Assembly: GCF_000281045.1 (NCBI RefSeq)
Contig: NW_008246071.1
Location: forward strand, 1,186,889 to 1,206,888
Direction: 5' to 3'
Origin: Saprolegnia diclina VS20
Taxonomy: Eukaryota
Length of the DNA stretch: 20,000 nucleotides
The position numbers and the translations under genes were made by a program. Numbering within the stretch: position 1 is the stretch's first letter; every line of letters begins with the position of its first letter. Under the pieces are notes generated by a model. That model saw only the letters and a program-made list of their open reading frames with translations, had not been told where the DNA came from and did no database searches. This document shows positions 17,371-20,000 of this stretch, one piece after another.

Positions 17371-19879
17371 ATGGTCATGGCATCGCTGACGACGCCGCCC
17401 AAGGCCCGGAAGCCGCCGAGCGAGGGCTTCATGGCCAACGTCTCGCTGCAGTTTGACAACTGGCGCAAGCGCATGCAGCAGCCCGAGGGCCCGCCGTCGC
17501 CCGAAGAGGCGCAGCATCCGCATCTGCCCGCGTTCTCGGACGCGGCCGAGTGCCACGTCTGCCACGACGCGCTTACGCTCCTCAAGTTCAAGCACAACTG
17601 CCGCAACTGCGGCAAGTCGGTCTGCGGCGCGCACAGCAAGAACCAACTGCCGCTGCCCGAGCTCGGGATCCTCAAAGAAGTCCGCGTCTGCGACGTGTGC
17701 TACCAGCTCAAGGTCTCGCGCCGCGCCGGCGCGCGCGAAGTGCCGCCGACAACGAGCCCGACGCCGGCAATAGCGATGACGGGGCCCAACCCGCGCGGGT
17801 CGTCGCTGTGCGGCATTCTGTACAGCGGCCTCGTCGAGGAGCAGGACGACATGCTCGACGAGATGCTCTACTTGGGCTCGTTCCGGCTCGGCAGTCGGTC
17901 GCTCGCGAGCCGCAACTTCAACCCGAACATTGCGATCTGGATCGAGCGGCTTTTCATGCTCACGCCGGCCGAGCTCTTGTGCTTCAAGCCCCAGAAGGAG
18001 AAGGAAGATTTTCTCCTCGGCATTGGCGAAGTGCGCACATCGATCCATCTCACCGACATCCTGCACATTGAAGTCGACGACAACTACCCGCGGATTCTCA
18101 CAGTCGTGCGCTCGGACGGAAGGTATCGTGTTGTTCCTAGTCCAAATATGCTTATAACGTTTTAGGATCTTCCGTATTCGCACAAAAGAGCCCGAGACGT
18201 GTGCACTCATTTACGAGAAGCTACGCGAGACCATCCAGACCTTCCAGGACGCTCTGTACAAGCTCCAGCGCGGTCTCGTGCCGGAAGACAATGCGATTTC
18301 GTGCGTCACGGTGCAGCACGCGCCGCTGCTCGACGAGGTCGTCGTGCCCAAGTCGAGCGACTTGGGCTACCACGTATCGCTCTACCCAACGTCGATTCTT
18401 CGCGCCTACTGCCTCGGGCCGTCGTCGGTCCACGGTGTCGCGTCCTTTGCCCGGGACGAGATTGCCGCCGCAACGTCCCAGCGCATTCGCAAGCGTGTCG
18501 AGCCGTCCATGGACGAGCTGTACCTTGTGCTGCACCTCGGCGCCCGTACGCATCTTTGGTTGAATATGGAGCGTATCGAGGACTCATGGCGCGTCATGTG
18601 GTAGAGCGCACGGTGCAGTACGCGTGGCAAGACGTCGGGCTCTTTGGCCTCCAGCTGCTCGTATGGACGCTCGTGTTTGCATATGGCATGACGCGGTACT
18701 TTGAAGCGGGCATTCTGCTCTGGTCGATGATGCTCGTCGTATTGGGCGTGCGCCTCGGGCCGCATATGCGGCTGGCGTGGCACACGCGCGCGCTCGCCAC
18801 CTCGTACCGCCTCGAGCTGCCCCAAGTCGACTGCCAAAAGCAAAAGACGTCGGCCGGCGGCGACCTCAAGGAGAGCGATGTCGACCCGCGCTTCATTGCA
18901 GCGTGCGGCAACGACCTCGAAGAAGCCAAACGCAAGTACATCAAGTACCTCCAATGGCGCGACGAGAACAGTATCGATACGATTTTGCTCCGGCCGCACC
19001 CGCACTTTCACATTGTACGTCGACAAAGTTGGACGACTTGTCTCATATACGATGACAGATCAAAGAGTCGTACGTGCACTTGACGCACAAGCAAGACAAG
19101 CAAGGACACATGATTTCGATCGAGCTCGCGGGCAACATGAAGAAGGGCATGGCCAACTTTTTGTCGAAAGGCGTCGTCGAGGCGGACGTGGTGACGCACC
19201 TCGGGTTTTACAACGAGTTTTTATGGAACGTGATTGACCGCCGATCGGCGCCGTTCGGGACGCAGCTCAAGATTCTCGACTTGAACGGCGTTGCGCTGAG
19301 TGACTTTGGTGGCGACGTGGTCGCGTTCATGAAGCAGTGCTCGGCCGTCGGCGAAGCGTACTACCCGGAGCGCCTCTACAAGGTCTTTATCGTCAACCCG
19401 CCGTCGTGGTTCAACATGATTTGGAAAGCCGTGTCGCCGCTCGTCAACCCCAAGACGCGCGAAAAAGTAAGTTTTGGATTTGGTTTTAGAATCTGGAATC
19501 GATGATGCACTAGATCAATGTGGTCAAGGGCCAGAAGGAAATCCAAAAGGCACTACTCGAGTACATTGACGCGGAGAACCTCCCCGTCGAGTATGGAGGC
19601 ACGTGCGAGTGCGTCGGCGGCTGCCTCACGCACTCGCCCGACGAGAATCTCTTGCGGGAGTACGTCGACCGCCTCAACTCTGGCGAAGACTGCACTGAGT
19701 ACCTCCAAAGCCTCATGGACGCGGCCGCGGCCGTCGCCGATGCCACGCATGTGACGACGCCAGCGGTAGCAGGCGGCACGGAGCCCGACACCAAGATGAG
19801 CTCGCGCCACTCGGCCACCAACCTTGCGCATCTCGATGTCCCAGCAGGCCCCAAAAAGCGCCGAGCGTCGCTGGTATGA
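17371..19879 (+). CDS. FYVE zinc finger + PH-like + 2 TM + CRAL-TRIO (Sec14-like) lipid-binding protein, about 771 aa
   Basis: Exons 17371-18122, 18166-18545, 18605-19014, 19059-19466 and 19514-19879 (2316 nt, in frame). FYVE: CHVC...KHNCRNCGKSVCGAHS...VRVCDVC. PH-like: WIERLFMLTPAELLCFK...IHLTDI...IFRIRTKEPETCALIYEKL. Two hydrophobic segments at about 18634-18756. Sec14: RFIAACGNDLEEA...LQWRDEN, ILDLNG, YYPERLYKVFIVNPPSWFNMIWKAVSPLVNPKTREKI and ENLPVEYGG. Confidence 0.88.
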
Positions 19880-20000
19880 TAAGAGTTGATACAAAAGAAA
19901 CATCTTTTGGCTCTCGAGTTTGGTGCCAGAATCGACCGGCCCACCCACGATGTCGAGCTTCTCTTTGCGGGGTCGTCTGGGTACCTGGAAATCCTTCTCC

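Noticed and set aside
19880..20000. Possible end of a neighbouring gene at the right edge
   Set aside because: Too little sequence to determine strand, frame or product.
1..20000. CRISPR arrays, tRNA/rRNA genes, transposases or prokaryotic operon structure
   Set aside because: No spaced repeat arrays, RNA-gene signatures or transposase motifs were seen. The window is intron-containing eukaryotic DNA.

Overview
Gene-dense, GC-rich eukaryotic DNA. The many very short GT-AG introns (mostly 41-61 nt), the gene content and the promoter motifs point to an oomycete, probably Saprolegniales-like (inference). Because of the introns, the ORF track fragments most genes. Manual splicing gives 11 protein-coding genes: a partial HEAT/ARM-like protein (-), mitochondrial EF-Ts (+), tail-anchored FKBP-TPR immunophilin (-), SAP30 Sin3-binding domain fused to an ING-type PHD finger (+), oligopeptidase B with a probable mitochondrial presequence (-), a bZIP-like protein with Ser at the conserved Asn position (+), PKA catalytic subunit (+), a probably myristoylated LRR-only protein (+), an EF-hand/coiled-coil protein (-), a membrane-anchored S10 serine carboxypeptidase (+), and a FYVE-PH-2TM-CRAL/TRIO protein (+). 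I saw no RNA genes, mobile elements or CRISPR arrays. The best leads are the SAP30-ING PHD fusion, the FYVE-PH-TM-Sec14 candidate contact-site lipid transporter, the non-canonical bZIP, and two recurrent promoter motifs (GGATA/TATCCGG and TTCGAACTTCG). All domain calls come from motif recognition by eye, not from database searches.
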